NCBI GenBank assembly: GCA_035540975.1
Contig: DATLFN010000136.1
Coordinates: forward strand, 856 to 64,855
Direction of reading: 5' to 3'
Origin: Acidimicrobiales bacterium
Lineage (GTDB): Bacteria; Actinomycetota; Acidimicrobiia; Acidimicrobiales; GCA-2861595
Length of the DNA stretch: 64,000 bases
Position 1 is the first letter of the stretch, and every line of letters begins with the position of its first letter. Below are positions 63,119 through 64,000 of this stretch, one piece after another. Position numbers and translations under genes: made by a program. The notes beneath the pieces were generated by a model. That model was not told where the DNA came from. It searched no databases and saw nothing but the letters and a program-made list of their open reading frames with translations.

Positions 63119-63822
63119 CGCCGCGGGCGCTCTGCGGGGCGACCGGCGAGGCCGCCGGCGCGGCGCCGGCCGAGCGGGTGGGCCGACCCCATGGTGAGCA
63201 TGCCCCGACCGATGCACAGGCCGGGATGGCGCCCGGCCAGGCCGGCCAGAGGGCTCCCGGGGCCCGTGTCGACTCGAACGGAGGCGAGCCGCGCCCTGCC
63301 CCGCACGTGGGCGCCCGTCGCCACCACGCCGGCGTCGCCGGACTGCAGGCACCACGTCGGGAGCGGGACCGGGGCTCGGGGGCCGATGGGCCGGCCGCTC
63401 AGCTCGACGTCGCCCTCGGGCCACCGCAGGCGAGCGGTGCCGTCGCCGCCCGGCGACCACTCCAGCGTCCCCAGCTGCTTGGGGAAGCTCCACCGGGCCC
63501 GGCCCTCGTCGAGTGACGCCGCCGTGTCGACGACCATCACCGTGGCGCACGAGCCGGGCCGGGCACCGAGGCGCACCGGCTCGACGACGGCCAGCTCGAC
63601 GTACGGCCCGACGGGCGACGTGGCGTAGCGGGCACCGATCACCAGGACCGGTCCGGGAACGCGCACCAGCGGTGCCGGCACGACGCCGACCGCTTGGGGG
63701 CTCCAGGCGACGCCCACCACGCACTCGCACGTGGCCCGCCACCGCGCCGGGCTGCCCACCGGGGCGGCGCCGGAGGCCGCCGTGCGCCTCCCGCCCCGGC
63801 CCGCGGGGACCGCCCTACGCAC
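63115..63822 (-). CDS. acetoacetate decarboxylase (ADC)-like beta-barrel family protein
   Basis: ORF 63115..63822 reads ARYATSPVGPYVELAVVEPVRLGARPGSCATVMVVDTAASLDEGRARWSFPKQLG, which resembles the Y.dSPVGPY.E / GGR.nW..PK pattern of the ADC-like family (from memory). The GTG 63822 start overlaps the upstream stop by 8 nt. GTG 63759 is an alternative. Confidence 0.5.
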   Translation of the reverse strand: MRRAVPAGRGGRRTAASGAAPVGSPARWRATCECVVGVAWSPQAVGVVPAPLVRVPGPVLVIGARYATSPVGPYVELAVVEPVRLGARPGSCATVMVVDTAASLDEGRARWSFPKQLGTLEWSPGGDGTARLRWPEGDVELSGRPIGPRAPVPLPTWCLQSGDAGVVATGAHVRGRARLASVRVDTGPGSPLAGLAGRHPGLCIGRGMLTMGSAHPLGRRRAGGLAGRPAERPRR

Positions 63823-64000
63823 CCCGCCGGCGGACGGCCCGGCGCTGCTCGATGAAGTCGACCAGCACGTAGTCGCCCAGCGTCTCGGGCGTGGTGAAGA
63901 AGGCCCGGCCCCGGTTGAGCTCGGTCAGCTTCTCCACGAACGCGGTCAGCGCCCGGGTGGCGTCGAGCATGAACGTGTTGATGCGAATGCCCTCACGGGT
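63815..64000 (-). CDS. C-terminal end of a vWA-domain protein (COG4867-like); the 5' part lies outside the window
   Basis: My own minus-strand translation gives TREGIRINTFMLDATRALTAFVEKLTELNRGRAFFTTPETLGDYVLVDFIEQRRAVRRRGA-TAG. It resembles the conserved tail of vWA proteins that pair with MoxR-type ATPases. Confidence 0.5.
   Translation of the reverse strand, partial: TREGIRINTFMLDATRALTAFVEKLTELNRGRAFFTTPETLGDYVLVDFIEQRRAVRRRGA

Noticed and set aside
1-64000. CRISPR arrays, rRNA and tRNA genes
   Set aside because: All tandem repeats I found are short in-frame coding repeats (6005, 6418, 8947, 18.6-18.8 kb, 24.0-24.8 kb, 58.8 kb) without a spacer structure. I saw no rRNA-like or cloverleaf-compatible sequence. 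This was a visual scan only and should be confirmed with the standard tools.

Overview
This is a very GC-rich bacterial chromosome segment (GC judged by eye, not computed). It has actinobacterial-type hallmarks: many GTG/TTG starts, pervasive ATGA/GTGA/TTGA stop-start overlaps, and long Arg/Pro/Gly-rich shadow ORFs in non-coding frames. I called genes from recognisable protein motifs in the supplied translations plus start-codon and RBS inspection in the DNA. No database search was run.

Layout:
- (1) 1-18.2 kb: cobalamin biosynthesis and salvage cluster in two divergent operons. cobO-cobB-cobI-cobM-cbiD-cobL lie on the minus strand. cbiZ-cobU-cobS-cbiB-cobC-cobQ-cobN-chlID-(HAD)cobT-pduX lie on the plus strand. 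A clear cobalamin riboswitch precedes cbiZ.
- (2) 18.6-24.8 kb: an ECF sigma / membrane anti-sigma-like pair, divergent from a TadG-like membrane protein and a secreted HExxH-FN3-six-repeat protein.
- (3) 24.8-26.2 kb: decay zone with a transposase scrap and a frameshifted rhodanese-CBS gene and MerR gene.
- (4) 26.6-30.5 kb: flavodoxin-like, PNPOx-like, SnoaL-like and a secreted LVIVD/PA-domain protein.
- (5) 30.6-36.4 kb: iron block with PadR, two FecCD permeases, an ATPase, an FhuF-like reductase, bacterioferritin and a VOC protein.
- (6) 36.6-43.2 kb: an internally deleted IS630 transposase remnant, then an ABC importer whose substrate-binding protein carries a canonical type IV prepilin N-terminus. 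This is my top finding.
- (7) 43.3-45.7 kb: field of gene fragments.
- (8) 45.7-50.1 kb: KimA-like K+ transporter, a stand-alone copy of its C-terminal domain, and a divergent truncated-KdpD/KdpE pair.
- (9) 50.1-60.7 kb: zinc island. It holds two znuA genes, znuCB, and an smtB-like/His-rich/zur operon flanked on both sides by a module of a Walker-A-less COG0523 paralog plus a WD40 protein. It also holds five AT-rich operators and a HAF-repeat secreted protein.
- (10) 60.8-64.0 kb: methyltransferase, PhoD, ADC-like protein and a vWA-protein fragment.

I recognised no rRNA, tRNA or CRISPR array.
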